From Camelus dromedarius (taxonomy: Eukaryota): a stretch of 64,000 bases of DNA. Location: assembly GCF_036321535.1 (NCBI RefSeq), contig NC_087436.1, positions 70,496,001 to 70,560,000 on the forward strand, written 5' to 3'. This document shows positions 14,401 to 26,800 of this stretch, one piece after another (the first letter of the stretch is position 1; the number at the start of each line of letters is the position of its first letter). The notes below the pieces were generated by a model. The model was not told the origin of the DNA. It saw only the letters and a list, made by a program, of their open reading frames with translations, and searched no databases. The position numbers and the translations under genes were made by a program.

Positions 14401-15889
14401 TAAAGGCCATTGGAAAATCGTAAGGCCCAGTGTGTACGAGTTATTGTTGTTAAGCGATTTGATCACATTTGCAAGACGTGGGGTTGCGCTGGGACTTGGA
14501 CCTGTGACTTTCATCTCCACCCCCTCCCTCAGTCATCTTTTCAACATGCCATTCTCCAGCAGGTTCCTTCTTTCTCTCCTCTATGGGTAGGCAGCTGCTG
14601 TACCAAGTTATTAGTGAGCGGTATGGGTTTTTGGAATAAAAGACTTGGAGATACTGAGAGAACATTTGAACTCCTTGGAATAAGTTGGCAAATTATTCTA
14701 AAAATGGAGAAACACCTACCCTCCCTATTATTAAGAGCTGCTTGATTTTGGCCCAAATTTAGCTTAAAAAAATCCCCCTCTCTGAATTACATTAATAGTA
14801 TATGAGTCCTGTTGGCCGTACCAGTTGATGTGGTGTCCTCTACCACTGTCATTGGTAGAGGATTAAGGATTCCCATGTTATGAGCCCCTTGTGACCCACA
14901 GCCTGTTCCGGTGATGGGTCTGATAAGAGTGAGGGGTGCAGCCTACAGGCTCGTGAGGGACAAACCATGGTCTCATTTACACTGTACTCTAAGCAAATCA
15001 ACTTAGATTGGCGGCCCCAAACAACAAATTGGCTTAAGATGCTTACTGAGTTGGAATTGTCCCTTGAGATGTTTACCTTCATTTCCATCTTGCTTCTTCC
15101 TCCTCAGGGAGTCCTGCTAGAGCTTTCTAGCAAGCCTAGCATGGTGGCTGCATTGGGGCCCCATCACTGCACATCTTCCCCGGCTGCCTGCAGGGGTCCT
15201 CAGTGCTGCACTGCAGTCTCTATGTGCACACCGTCACTCATGTGAACACTCCCCTCTTCTCTGCTTGTGACAGTAATAATACTAATAGAACACTTGACTG
15301 CTTATAGAGCACACTTGTATACCTAAATTGTCCTGAGAGATCTCTAGAGATTATTATTCTTACATGACATGAGAAACTATGGATCTGAAAGGTTAAAGGA
15401 ATTGCCCAAGGAGAGGGGGTAAATGTGAAAAACAGCTAGGACTTGAGTAGCTCAAGCCAGGTGCTTTTTTCCTAACACGATTTAAATCATTATTTTCCTC
15501 TGGACTGAATTAATTAGTTGGTTACTTAATCGCTTCTCACGTTCTGCAAAAGATTAAGGAGTCTTGTAATAATTAAATATGGGTGAAAGTAGATGTCAGA
15601 ATCAGGGAGAACATAGAATATGCAGAACCATTAGGACCAATATTGTCATGGGGTTGAATTTGCCTCTGAGCCTCCTGGCAGCCAAGATAAAAAGAGAAAC
15701 ACAATCAGTTAGGTATTTCTTATCAGAAAAGGAAAATGCTAAGGGGAAGTAAAGATATTACTAGAATTGTATTCTAAAAGGAATGTTTCACTTTAGGCTT
15801 TAGATAAGGGGCAATAAGAAAAACTGAAGATAATACTCTCAGCCAAATTTTATAGCTATGCAATAACATAAAACATGCATTGCTAGGGG

Positions 15890-16140
15890 CAGACATTTGC
15901 TGGGTGCCTGCATGTGTCAGGCACTGTACTAGGAACTTTGCATGCCTTATTTTATTTAACCCTTATAAACATTTGATTATTGCAACTATCTTTTAAAGTA
16001 GCATTATGCCGATTTAATGATAAGGAAAGTCAGCCTTAAAGAATGTATAAAACTTCCTCAGGTTCACGTAGCGAGTAAGGAGTAAACCTGTAGGTGAGAC
16101 CCAGGCCTTTTCTGATTTTAGAGCCCACACTCTCCTACTC
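15890..16140 (-). mobile_element. MIR SINE
   Basis: 'gggtgcctgcatgtgtcaggcactgtactaggaactttgcatgccttattttatttaaccctta...taaggaaagtcagcct...ttcctcaggttcacgtagcgagtaag'. Confidence 0.7.
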
Positions 16141-16339
16141 TGTCTTGCTGTTATAATGCTTTAAAGAGATACATTAGCTAAAAGCAAGTATATCATCTCT
16201 GGTGCTTCTGTGCACCCAGAATGGAGGATTATCCTCTGTAAACATCACTTCTCTCATTTGGGCTTTGGTAGGAAGTGGGTAGCACTGCTTGAGAGTGTTT
16301 CTCTAAACTAGGAGATCTGTTATTTGTTGTTGTTGTTGA

Positions 16340-16520
16340 ATACTATGCACTTTATACACATGATCTTCTTTAGTCCTTCCAGCAGCTCAGAGAGGAAGGT
16401 ACCATTACTATTCCCATTTTGCAGATGAGGAAAGGGAGGCTCACTGAGGTTAAGTGACTCACAGAGTGTCACCTAGCTGCTCAGTGGTAAGGTTCAAATA
16501 CAGATCTCTGGCTCTAATGA
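16340..16520 (-). mobile_element. MIR SINE
   Basis: 'attactattcccattttgcagatgaggaaagggaggctcactgaggttaagtgactc' is the canonical reverse MIR core. Confidence 0.85.
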
Positions 16521-17074
16521 GCCCCTGCCTCACCATTTTGCTTGGGGACCTCTGGCTAAGCAAGTGCTAAAGTTGTTAATCTCATGAAGAAACTGAGATC
16601 CTAATCTAGACTCTTGTCTGGGAGGAGGGAAGTGTCAGCACGGAGATGGACCGTGGGGATAGCTCCAGGCAAGCATACATCTCCCTGTGTTTGGTCGACC
16701 TTAGTGTGTCCAGGCCTTTGTGAGCAGTGTTTTACATCGTATAGCGTGAATGTGATTACTCTGACATATCACATTTCGAAAAAGGTGTTCCTGATACCTC
16801 TCATAACCACGGGAAAATCTTAAGCATATTTCAGTGGATTTTATTTTATGGGATTTCTGAGGAACCCCCCAGGGTGAATTAACTACTAGATATTGATATG
16901 GACAAGTTTTCTTTTGGGTTATGTGGCCAAATATAATGATTTTAGTTAAGAATAGTTGATACAGAATTGCTCTTTTTGACAGTCCTTCAGTACCATGATC
17001 AATGATGTAAGTAAAGTCACTCCCACTTTGTGATTATTCTAATAGTAATAACCATCACATCTACCATCACCACA

Positions 17075-17245
17075 GTAAGAATAGGTAACATTCACTGAAT
17101 ATTTTTCTGAGTACTTGATAAGTAGTAGCATCATTTAATCCTTGTAACAAGTCCTGTGAGGGAGGTATGACTATTAACTCCATTTTATAGATGAAGGAAT
17201 GTAGAGGGGTGAGTTAACTCACCCAAGGCATGAAGCTGATAAATC
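17075..17245 (-). mobile_element. MIR SINE
   Basis: 'tcatttaatccttgtaacaagtcctgtgagggaggtatgactattaactccattttatagatgaaggaa'. Confidence 0.75.
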
Positions 17246-17764
17246 GTTTGCTCACTGCACTAGTCTGCTCTTTATATATGGTGAATCAAATAAAGGTACT
17301 TATACCTCTTTTCTCCTATGTGGGTTCCACTGCAACCAGTTCATATGCAAATGTTTTAAAATCCTTAAAAATATAAATGAAAAATGATGGGGCCAGGGAT
17401 GCAGAAACCAGCATAAGATTGCTAGTTTACTTAAGAGGGGACCATTCCTGCCCAGCCTAATTCTTGCAGTGGCGAGTACCAAATGACTGGGAGTCTACTG
17501 AGCTCATGTAGTTTGGGTCATAATTGGTTTCAGTCCACAGTGTCAAAAGCTGATCTTGTGACACTGTTCTTGAGTGGTTTCCTTACAAGGTAATGCATGT
17601 TGTTTCAATTATTGAAAGTAGCATACTTTTGCCCAAAGTCTACTTGCTCCTTAAGCTGAATGTTGGATTGAGAATTCTAGATGTGCATATTGATAAAGAA
17701 AAAAATTGGCATAATGATTTGGAAGAACAAACGATCAGGAAGTCTGTAGCTCTGAGAAGCATAT

Positions 17765-17985
17765 TGGGTAAGCCTTGGATGCTGAAATTGGATTGACCTG
17801 GATTAGATGTGTGGCCTCGAGTCAGTTAACTGACTTCTCTAAGTGTCAGTTCTCATCTGAAAAATGGGGATAATACTGTCTCACTCATAGAGCTGTTGTG
17901 GTGATTACATGAGCTGATCAATGTAAAGCGCCTAGTCTGGTGACTGGCATATTATAAGTTAAACATGTACGATATGATTGCCCAT
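17765..17985 (+). mobile_element. MIR SINE
   Basis: 'gtgtggcctcgagtcagttaactgacttctctaagtgtcagttctcatctgaaaaatgggataatactg...tgtaaagcgcctag'. Confidence 0.8.
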
Positions 17986-18225
17986 TAAAAATGGGGTAGA
18001 CTGAGTCCATTCAGATAGAATTATACATGAAGAAATAGAGCCAACAATTTGACAAGGACTAGGGATCACCAAATAGAATATTCCTGAGTAATTTAGGCGT
18101 CAGAATTTGTTTCCACATGCAATTAGTATCTTTGGAGGAGGTGGAGGCTCTAATTACCAAGCCCTGTAGAATTTGTTTCCAACCTGAAAGGGACGAGGCG
18201 GCCGTGTGGTCGAGCAGAGAGAGCC

Positions 18226-18276
18226 CTGGTTCCTAGGAAGTGGAGTTCCTAGCTGGTTCCTAGGAAGTGGAGTTCC
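18226..18276. repeat. Tandem duplication (24-bp unit, period 27) inside a MIR-like element
   Basis: CTGGTTCCTAGGAAGTGGAGTTCC occurs at 18226-18249 and 18253-18276. Confidence 0.95.
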
Positions 18277-18478
18277 AGCCGAGCTGTGCCGCTCACCAGC
18301 TCTGACACTGGCTCCTCATTGAATGTTTCTGGGCTTCAGTTTACTGAGTAGTGGAATGCGGAGTTGGTGTAGGTAGTTCCTAAATTTTCTTCCGGCTCCA
18401 TATTCTACTGTAAATTAGCGCAGGTTTATGAAGCCAGATAAATGAATCAGTTAAAAACTAGGTTGCCAGAAAAGAGCT

Positions 18479-18494
18479 CCCCCCCCCCCCCCCC
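18479..18494. repeat. C16 homopolymer
   Basis: 16 consecutive C seen directly. Confidence 0.95.
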
Positions 18495-19142
18495 AGATAG
18501 TCACAAATAAAGCAGAGAGAAAATAAATGAAAATAAAACAAAAACTCCGAGGTAGGTTGCTGGACATTCCAGAATGTCCCTTAGGGCCAAGTGACCCTTT
18601 TATTGTCTTTCATTGGTTCCTTTGGAGAAATGTGCTCCATTCATTCACAGGCTTAGAATCTTTTGCTTCCTTCCTTGATTGAAAAAAAATTCTTTTAAAT
18701 TCTTTCAGTGCAACAGCAGGAGTGACCCCAAAGGATGGAGGCACAGGAAACATCTTTAGTTTAATCGTTGCCAGTACACTCCTTTTCTGAGTTGCCTTGA
18801 GCTGTCACCAGTGTGAATGTATGAATGAATCAAATGAATAGGGAAGATAAGTCCAAATAACAGAATCCAGTTTTTTTTTTTCCTCCCAAGAACAATTTTG
18901 TCTTGAGCAAGGGGTCATTTAAACTGGAGATATAGTGACACTTTCTTTCTACCGTACTTCCTGAAAAGTTTCCCTTTTGTTTGGGACTTGTTCAAACTGG
19001 CTGTCATAATTTTCCTTAAAATAATGGTGATGGGGGAGTGATGATTAAAGCAGACATCCTAGAACTGGTTTTCTGCCTTTCAACATTTCCAGGTAATAAG
19101 ATTTTTCTCAGAAATTTAACTCTTCTTTCTCTGATCATACTT

Positions 19143-19292
19143 AAAAAAATAAATTTAATTTATTTATCTGTTTTTAAAAAATAAATTTTATTTATTTATT
19201 TAATTTTCCCTTAGCAGAGGAACTGGGGATTGAACCCAGGACCTCATGCACGCCAAGCACATGCACTACCACTGGGCTATACCCTCCACCCC
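19143..19292 (-). mobile_element. tRNA-derived SINE, camelid Vic-1-like
   Basis: The reverse strand reads GGGGTGGAGGGTATAGCCCAGTGGTAGTGCATGTGCTTGGCGTGCATGAGGTCCTGGGTTCAATCCCCAG with an A box (TAGCCCAGTGG), a B box (GGTTCAATCC) and a (TAAA)n tail. The family name is from recall. Confidence 0.85.
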
Positions 19293-19802
19293 TCTGAGAG
19301 TGCTTTGAGAATAGTAGTAATATACAGAAGTTGCCATGCCACAGACTTCTTAGTTAAACTTCCACATTTAATATATGAGACAACTGAGGAAAAGCGGCTT
19401 GGCCAAGGTGACCCAAATTGTTAACTTAGGCCTCTAGCACTCAAGCAAGTGTTTTCTCTACCACACCACGTTTCCTTCCTGCATTGGGCTGCAGCTTCCT
19501 CATTCTTACAGAATACCTTGAATTTGCCACAGCAGTGACCATCTTCCACCAACACCAGAACTTCAGAGGGTGAAAAGATTTTTTTTTCCTTCTGATCGGT
19601 CAAATCCTTGAGGATGTGGCTACCGAGCTCTCCTGAAACCAAGAGACATTGGAAGAGCAGAGTGCAAGCCCACATAATGAAACTAAGGCTTCCGAGGCAG
19701 TTAGTGAACAAGTGAGCTCCAACATGAGATAGGAGACCTTTCCAAAAGCTGAGAATGTGGCAGTCCACCTAGAGTAATTCTGTGTCGGTGTAAACATGGT
19801 CT

Positions 19803-21150
19803 TTTTTTTTAAAACTAGATTTTGAAAAAAAATTCTAGATTTACCAGAAGTTCCAAGAGATGGCACAGAGAGATCCCATGTCCCCTTCATCCCATTTCCC
19901 CCAGTGGTTACATCTTACACAATTATAGTTTAATACCAAAATCAAGAGACTGACACTGGTACAAAGTATGTGTATAGTTCCATGTTATTTTACACCTCCG
20001 TATATATTTGTGTAATCACCACCCCGATCAAGATAAAGAATAATTGTATTACTACAGAGACCTTCCTTGGGCTATTTCTTTATAGTCACACCCTCTCCTT
20101 TCACACCATCCCTAACCCTTGGCACCTCCTAATCTGTTTGCCATCTCTATAATTTTGTCATTTTATGAAAGTTACATAAATGAATCATGCAGTATATGAA
20201 CTTTTTATATTGGCTTTTTTCCGATCTGCCTAACGCCCCTGAGCTCCGTCCAAGTGGTAACAAAAAGTTCATTTTTTATTGTTGAGTAGAAATCTACAGT
20301 ATGCTATACCAGTTTACCTGTTTACCACCTATGAGACATTCTGGTTGTTTCCAGGTTCAGGTTATTACAGATAAAGGCGCCTCAAGCAATTGTGTGCAAA
20401 TAGGCCTTTGAGTAAGCATCATTACACTTCTCTGAGATAAATGCCAGGGAGTGTAATTGCTGGGCTATATGGTAAATGTATGTTTAGTTTTTAAAGAAAC
20501 TGCCAAACTAATTTTCAGGCTGGTGGTAGCATTCGCTCTCCCACCAGCAGTGTAGGAGCTGTCTGGTTTCTCTGCGTTCTCACCAGCGTTTGGTGGTGTC
20601 ACTCTTGTCTGTTTTAGCGGTTCCAATAGGTGTGTAGTGATCATCTTGTTCTGGTCCCAACTTGCATTTCCCTAATGGCTGATGGTGCTGATATCTTTTC
20701 ACGTTCTTATTTGCCATCTATATATCCTCTTTGTATCCTTTGCCCATTTTCTGGTGGGATTGTTTATTTTATTTTATTTTTTTACTGTTGGGTTTTGAAA
20801 GTTCTGTATATATTCTCAATGTGAGTCCTTTGTCATATGTGTGATTTACAAATATTTTCTCCCAGCCTATAATTTTTCTCTTTTCTTCATTCTCCAAACA
20901 GGGTTTTTCATAGGGCAAACATTTTAAGTTTTGATGAGGTCCAATTTATCAATTGCTTTTTTATTTTATGGAACATAATTTCTGTGTCATGTTTAAAAAT
21001 CCTCCACTAAGCCCTAGTCCTGAAGATTTTCCCCTTTGTTATCATCTAAAATTTAAAGAAATTTACATTTTAAATCTATGATCTGTTTTGAGTTAATTTT
21101 TATATAGTGTGTGAGGTTTAGATCAAGGTTTGTTTTTTAAATTTATTTTT
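19803..21150 (-). mobile_element. Ancient L1M (L1MC/L1MD-like) 3' UTR plus end of ORF2 region
   Basis: T-rich start followed by L1M motifs 'gagtgtaattgctgggctatatggtaaatgtatgtttagtttttaaagaaactgccaaact', 'ttgcatttccctaatggctgatggtgctga', 'aaatctatgatctgttttgagttaatttttatatagtgtgtgaggtt'. Confidence 0.85.
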
Positions 21151-24100
21151 TCCTCTAAATAAAAAGATATTATCTGTAGGAAAAGGTACATGTAGTAAGT
21201 CCATATAAAGTTATTGTGTTACCCATTTTTTATATTAGTGTCTTCTACAGAGAAGTGGTCAGTGCAAAGAAATAAAAAAGAAAAAATTAACGTAAATTTG
21301 ATATCTTTTTTGGGGCCGCAGAATATTTAAATAGGTGAGCGCAGATGTCAGGCAGAGCAGGAATCTAAAGGAGTACATCTCCCGCCCTGAATTTGATTTG
21401 CCGCTTACCACTCGGATGCACGGCAGTTGTTTGGAGTGGGAAGTACGCGGTTACTGCAGAGACAGCAGAGCTTGTACTTGGTGCGGAAGATTCTGCAGTG
21501 GGCCTGGAGCCGCAATTCAAGGTTCTACTTGAGGGCTGCAAAGCAGGATCTGAGTTCAACTTTGTGTTTAATACAGAGCTGAAGAATGATTAGTTAGATA
21601 AGAAGATGGCCTTAGAATTTGATTTTGAGGGGCAACATAACGTAGCAGAAAGCCATTCCCACTAGGCAGGAGTCGGAAGGCTGTATTTAGTGCCAGTCCT
21701 GCAGTAAGCGGTTTTATGACTTTCTGCAACTCGGATAACCAGTATGAGCCCCACTTTAATCCTGTGGGAAACAAAGGGCTCAGACCTTAAGTTATCTCCA
21801 AACTCTTTTCCCAACTTACATTCCATGGGTTTGTAAAAATAATTTTTAAAAAAAGGACTGTGGTATGATCTTCATTTTTCTCTTGTCGGTTGGAATATAA
21901 AACCTTGATATGAGCAATGATAATTGATGTTTAATGGTGCATTTGTTAAGTGTTACTTGTTATGGTAATGCCCCTTTAATATAAAATATGTATTATATTA
22001 AGTGTTTACATGTATCTAATGCTACAGTGGTTAATTGATTGACAGATTCTCTTTGAAAAATATTTGAGGGCTTACAATGCTCTTAAACATTGCATGTCCT
22101 CTTGGAATCGACAGTCTGTCTTAGTATTACCAATGAAATGTAAGCTTTTGATTTCTCTTCAGCAATACACAACATCAGTAACTGATGGCGAGGGCCATTT
22201 GACTTATTTTCTCTTTTTTGGTTTCCCTTTAATTTTCTGAATATGATGACCGCATGCTGCACATTATTTTGTTCTTATTTTTCTCATTTACATAACCTCA
22301 CTGGTACATGTTCTGAAAAAGAGCAGCTTTTTAATGAACATGGCTAGGAAACCTTGAAAGCTTTGATGTGGGAGTTGAACAGAAAAGGAGTGGGAAAATG
22401 ATCCACGTTCTTAGGAAAGAAAAAGTAGCCGTGGATTGATAAACTTACAGGTGGACTCTGTGGAAAGCCAGAAAGTTACCCCTTTTGGCCAGTGCGTTAG
22501 AGTGCACGGCAAGCAGACAGGTAGCTGAGTTAGGAGAAAGGGCCGCTCCAAAGCTGATTTTAACTGGACCAGAACTGTGTCCATCAGTATTAATGAGTGG
22601 AGCATGCATGACTGGTGAACGGATGTTTCAAATATGCAAAGGAAAAGGGGCCTTTTCATTTGAAGCCGAGGTCTGACAGTGCCAGATGGACTTGGTTTGT
22701 GAATCGGATGAGCTAAGTTTTGTTGTGAAACTACCACTGACTGTCCGTCATGCATTTTGGAAAAGTTGTGTCACTCTTTGTCTTTTACAATAACCTGCAT
22801 CTCTTCATCTGCCGTGGCTCAGTGACAGACAGCGACCATGGCTCTTCTGATTCTCTGCTTCTTTAGTATCATGACAGTCTTTGTTCCTCTCCCTCCCCCC
22901 TCCCCTGACCCTCCTTTCTCTTTCATTGTCTTAGGAAGCCTTTGTGTGAAACCCGTTTCCATCTTTGATCTCTGTGTGCTCTTGCATGGTGACATCTCCG
23001 GAACAAGAGGACACTCTCGGTTCAGAGTGTCTGCAGTGACTGAAATGTGTGCTGTCCTGACATTTAATTCACAGAAGGAGCTTCTCTTCCTTGTCCCCAG
23101 AGTCACACGGGGCCAAACTAGTTCTGCCTCAGTTGTGTCAAGTGTCTTGGCCTTTGTGGGTGGGAAGTCAGCAGAATCTTGACAGGATCGGATGTGAAGG
23201 CCACTCTTGTCTCCTACGCACAAGGCCACAGCCTCATTACCCTGCGTTCCAGGGAAGGAAATGTGAGGCTGTCGGAGGAGTGGCTTTTGAGTCAATATGA
23301 TTGCTATATGATCCCCACTTTCTTTCCTTAAGCTTCACGGCTATGGATCACCAGATTGTACCCATTAAGAATTTATTGCTCTTTACAGAAATCAGATTGC
23401 GTATGAAACTGATTGCTTTCCTTTTACAAAATTTCCATTGGTTTTGTATGCGTTCCAGGGCCAGGGGAACTTCCGTGCAGAGCTCAGTGTAAGCTGATCC
23501 CAGGCTGGTCCCCGGTGTCATCCTTTCAGACCCAAGTGAGCTTTTTATATCCTCTGGCTGCAGATCCCTTCTCCATTTGCTTTTATGCTAAATGATGAGA
23601 GTGAACCATCATCTTAGAATTTTCTAGGTAGTCAGCTTTCAGGAATAGAATCTTTTTTTTTTTTCCTTTGTCTTGACTTGATAAGTCTGTAAACTTCTGC
23701 TGGAAATTAACCCACGGTGATAAGGGTAATAGGAGCAATGCTAGTAGTAGTGTGATGTCATAAGGTAAAAATAAGCCTCTATCAGTTGTATTTCCCAGAA
23801 TGGAAATAAAAGACTTCTACTTGTAATTTAGACTGGGATCATTTTAGATGTTGCACTCTTTGCCAGACTCATTACTACTCCTTTAATGGTAGAAAGACTT
23901 GGTTTCTACCAGAAGTATTCTTCATGGAATTTGAGCACAAAGGGAGTTTATGGGCCAGTTATTCTGTCTCTCACCAAAGTAAGAATCCTTGCTACGACTT
24001 TCCTGGCTGATCATAATTCACACTCCTAGGACCAGAGAGCTTGCTTCTTGCCCTGTGGTCCATTCCATTTCTGGACAGTTTTAATCACTAAGATGCCTTT

Positions 24101-25157
24101 CATTACATTGGATCAGAGTCAGCCTTCCTGTGATTCTGACCCTTTGGTCTTAGTTGTGTCCTTGATAATTCAATGAATCCTTTTCCCTTTCTCCACCTTG
24201 AAAACAAGAAGGAATTGTAACACTTCTCAGCTTTGTGTGACTTGATGTTTTTATAAGCTATGTTCTATTTATCTCTCTTCTTCCAAGTCATTGCTGACAG
24301 TGTTGAATGCAGCAGTGCATTACGTCTCCAAGCTGACCTTGCTTTGTCAGCCAGCTCTCTTTGTGTTTATGTCTTTCTGAACCTTTGCATTTTAAACCAG
24401 GACAGTGACCTGCACGTGTGTCCTGGTCTTGGCACCCCTTTGCTCTCACCAGTGCTTTCGCTCCCCATTTTTTGCACACTGATTCTTACACTTTGGCTTT
24501 TGTTTCCAGTTACACATTGTCCACTAGGTGCCTCTGGTTTTCTGGAGTTTCATGCTTTAGGCCTCTCACATACTTCTTTCACCGATAGCTGTCAGCCTGG
24601 TGCTCCCACTGGAGACTTTGATTAGGCAACTGTGGAGTCATGGAGTGATTTTCCTTAGAGCGAGCTCCTGACTGGTGTCCTGCAGCAGCAGATTACAGAT
24701 AGGCTGGGAAATTGATCTCTGCTGCTCTTGGGTAGCAGGCAGGGCCATAGTGGACCCAGGTGTCAGGTAGCCTCCTTTGTATGCATCAGTGTGACATAGA
24801 GACATCATTCCCTGTGTGTTCCATCACAGGCTAGAGCCTTAAGACTGCTTCAAGGAATTGACAGAGAGTGTCCTTAAGTTAGTGATGGGATTGGATGTGA
24901 TATTTTGCTTAACTCAAGATAAATGAGACAGTCATTTAATCAGAAAAGGAAATGAGGCTTTCTTGGCATTACACATTCTTTGTGATCCCGTCCCGGCCCA
25001 GCAACCTTTTGAGTTGAAAGCACTGGGTATTGTCAGATGTGCTCTGGGTGAGGAAAGCCCCCAAGGGCTCACCTGGGTATTGTGAGAACAGACTGCCCAT
25101 GTTGATGAGAATCCATCCTCTCATTAGTGTCTGTAGCCTCAGAGGATGAGTGGTGGT

Positions 25158-25451
25158 GACTCACGGACCTAGAGACCAAACCATGGTTACCAAAGGGGAA
25201 AGGGCAGGGAGGAATAAATTAGGGGTTGAGGATTAACCAGATACATGCTACTATATATAAAACAGATAAACAACAAGGACCCACTGTATAGCACATGGAA
25301 CTATATTCAATTTCTTGTAGTAACATATAATGGAAAAGAATCAAAGGAAAAAAATATATGTATGTATATGTATAACTGAAACACTTTGCTGTACTCTTGA
25401 GGCTAACATTGTAAATCAACTACACTTCAATAAAAATTTTTTTAAATAAAA
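25158..25451 (+). mobile_element. 5'-truncated L1 3' end (sense orientation)
   Basis: 'gactcacggacctagagaccaaaccatggttaccaaagggga...aacaaggacccactgtatagcacatggaactatattcaa...ttgtaaatcaactacacttcaataaaa'. Confidence 0.88.
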
Positions 25452-25916
25452 GAAGCGATATGGACAAATTACATGGTGACTACCCAATACAAGGTCAAAG
25501 CACTTGGGAAAAAAAGATGGGTGGTAGTATTTTAGGCAAGTTCAGTGAAAGCTTGAACTTGGAAGTATGCTGATTTTCAGCTCCTGCTTATAAGGCTGAC
25601 ACAGGCAAGATGGCAGGTGTTAAGGGAAGCAAAGTCAATAACCAGAGCGCTGGTAGAGACACCAGACTGCTCAATAATGACCACTCGTACAATAATTCTT
25701 ATATTACTCTATAAAATGCCATTGAAAATTTGTACTTACAAGAAAAGTTAAATCTCACTTTTTTTTGGAACTTTACCTTGTCTATTTCAAAATTTGTACT
25801 TAGATTACAATTTTGTGGTAAGATGTCTTTCCTTCTTTGTTTCTGGTTAATAATTTTCCACAGTGACAAATGCTAGGTTGTGTTTATTGTGATTTTGCAT
25901 AATGAAGACTTTGAAG

Positions 25917-26105
25917 CAGCAGTTTCTTACACTTGAGTGGACATCAGAATCCCTTGGAGGGCTTGTTAAAAGTTCAGATTTGGGGGCCTCACTCCCAGAG
26001 ATTTGATTAAGTAAGTTGGGGTGGGGCTCAGGAGCGTTTTATAAAAAAGTACACCACGTGGGTTCTCTTGCCAGTGGTCAGAAGACCAACCATTGAACAA
26101 CACTG
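25917..26105. mobile_element. MER5A-like hAT-Charlie non-autonomous DNA transposon
   Basis: About 190 bp with CAGCAGTTTCTTA...TTGAACAACACTG ends and internal 'catcagaatcccttggagggcttgttaaaa...cagatttgggggcctcactcccagaga'. Confidence 0.8.
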
Positions 26106-26559
26106 GTGTAAAGGACGATGCTTTCCTGCTTGCCAGGTGGTGGATGCTTTCGTTGTGTTGTCGAAGGCGCCATTGCTTTGGAGGCTTGTGTTTTTCCCCT
26201 AGCATGTGTCTCTTCTTATGGCGTGTTGAAACACAGTGACACTCAACCAAACTGGAATCATCACCAGCAATTTCTATAACATTGTTCAAAATTAGGTCAG
26301 ACGTTATATGTTGCTTTCGGTGATGACATTCAGAAAACACTTAGCTTATTAAGTTGAACAGAGTAACATCACCTTACAATTGTGTATGGCTATCCTATTA
26401 AGCAGTATTTTCACTGACATTGTCTTAGTTGACCTTTATCACAATCTTGTGTTGGTGGTATTGTCATTTCCATTTGTGAGTTAGAAAGTTTAAGGTTGTG
26501 AGTAAATGGTAAAAGTGATACTCTAACCTGCATCATTTTTACTTCAAAATTAGGCGGGA

Positions 26560-26800
26560 TTTACCATGTGCCAGGGACTCTCATAGACATTTTGTTCATT
26601 CTCTCTTTGAATCTTCATAAGAAGGCTGTGAGGTAAGTAGTATTATTATCTTTTTTATTATCATGACCTTTTAAAAAGAAGTTGGCTCTTGATGAGATTA
26701 AGTAAGGGTAACTTCTTAAGGTCACACCTTTAAGTAAGTGGCAGAGCCAATATTTGAGTTAGGTTTGTCTGACGCCAAAGTTCATGCTCTTACCCTGGGT
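26560..26800 (-). mobile_element. MIR SINE
   Basis: 'taccatgtgccagggactctcatagac...gtgaggtaagtagtattattatc...aaggtcacacc...gtaagtggcagagccaatatttgagttaggtttgtctgacgccaaagttcatgctctta'. Confidence 0.75.

Noticed and set aside
18102..18181. 14-bp direct repeat AGAATTTGTTTCCA (18102-18115 and 18168-18181) as a TSD
   Set aside because: The 52-bp interval has no poly(A) tail or element features, so it cannot be distinguished from chance or an old local duplication.
19215..19292. tRNA gene
   Set aside because: A and B boxes are present, but it is followed by an AT-rich retroposon tail and has diverged paralogues in the window, so it is a SINE.
22819..23295. Overlapping 158-aa and 114-aa ORFs
   Set aside because: No recognisable family or convincing exon boundaries. 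Likely chance in moderately GC-rich sequence.
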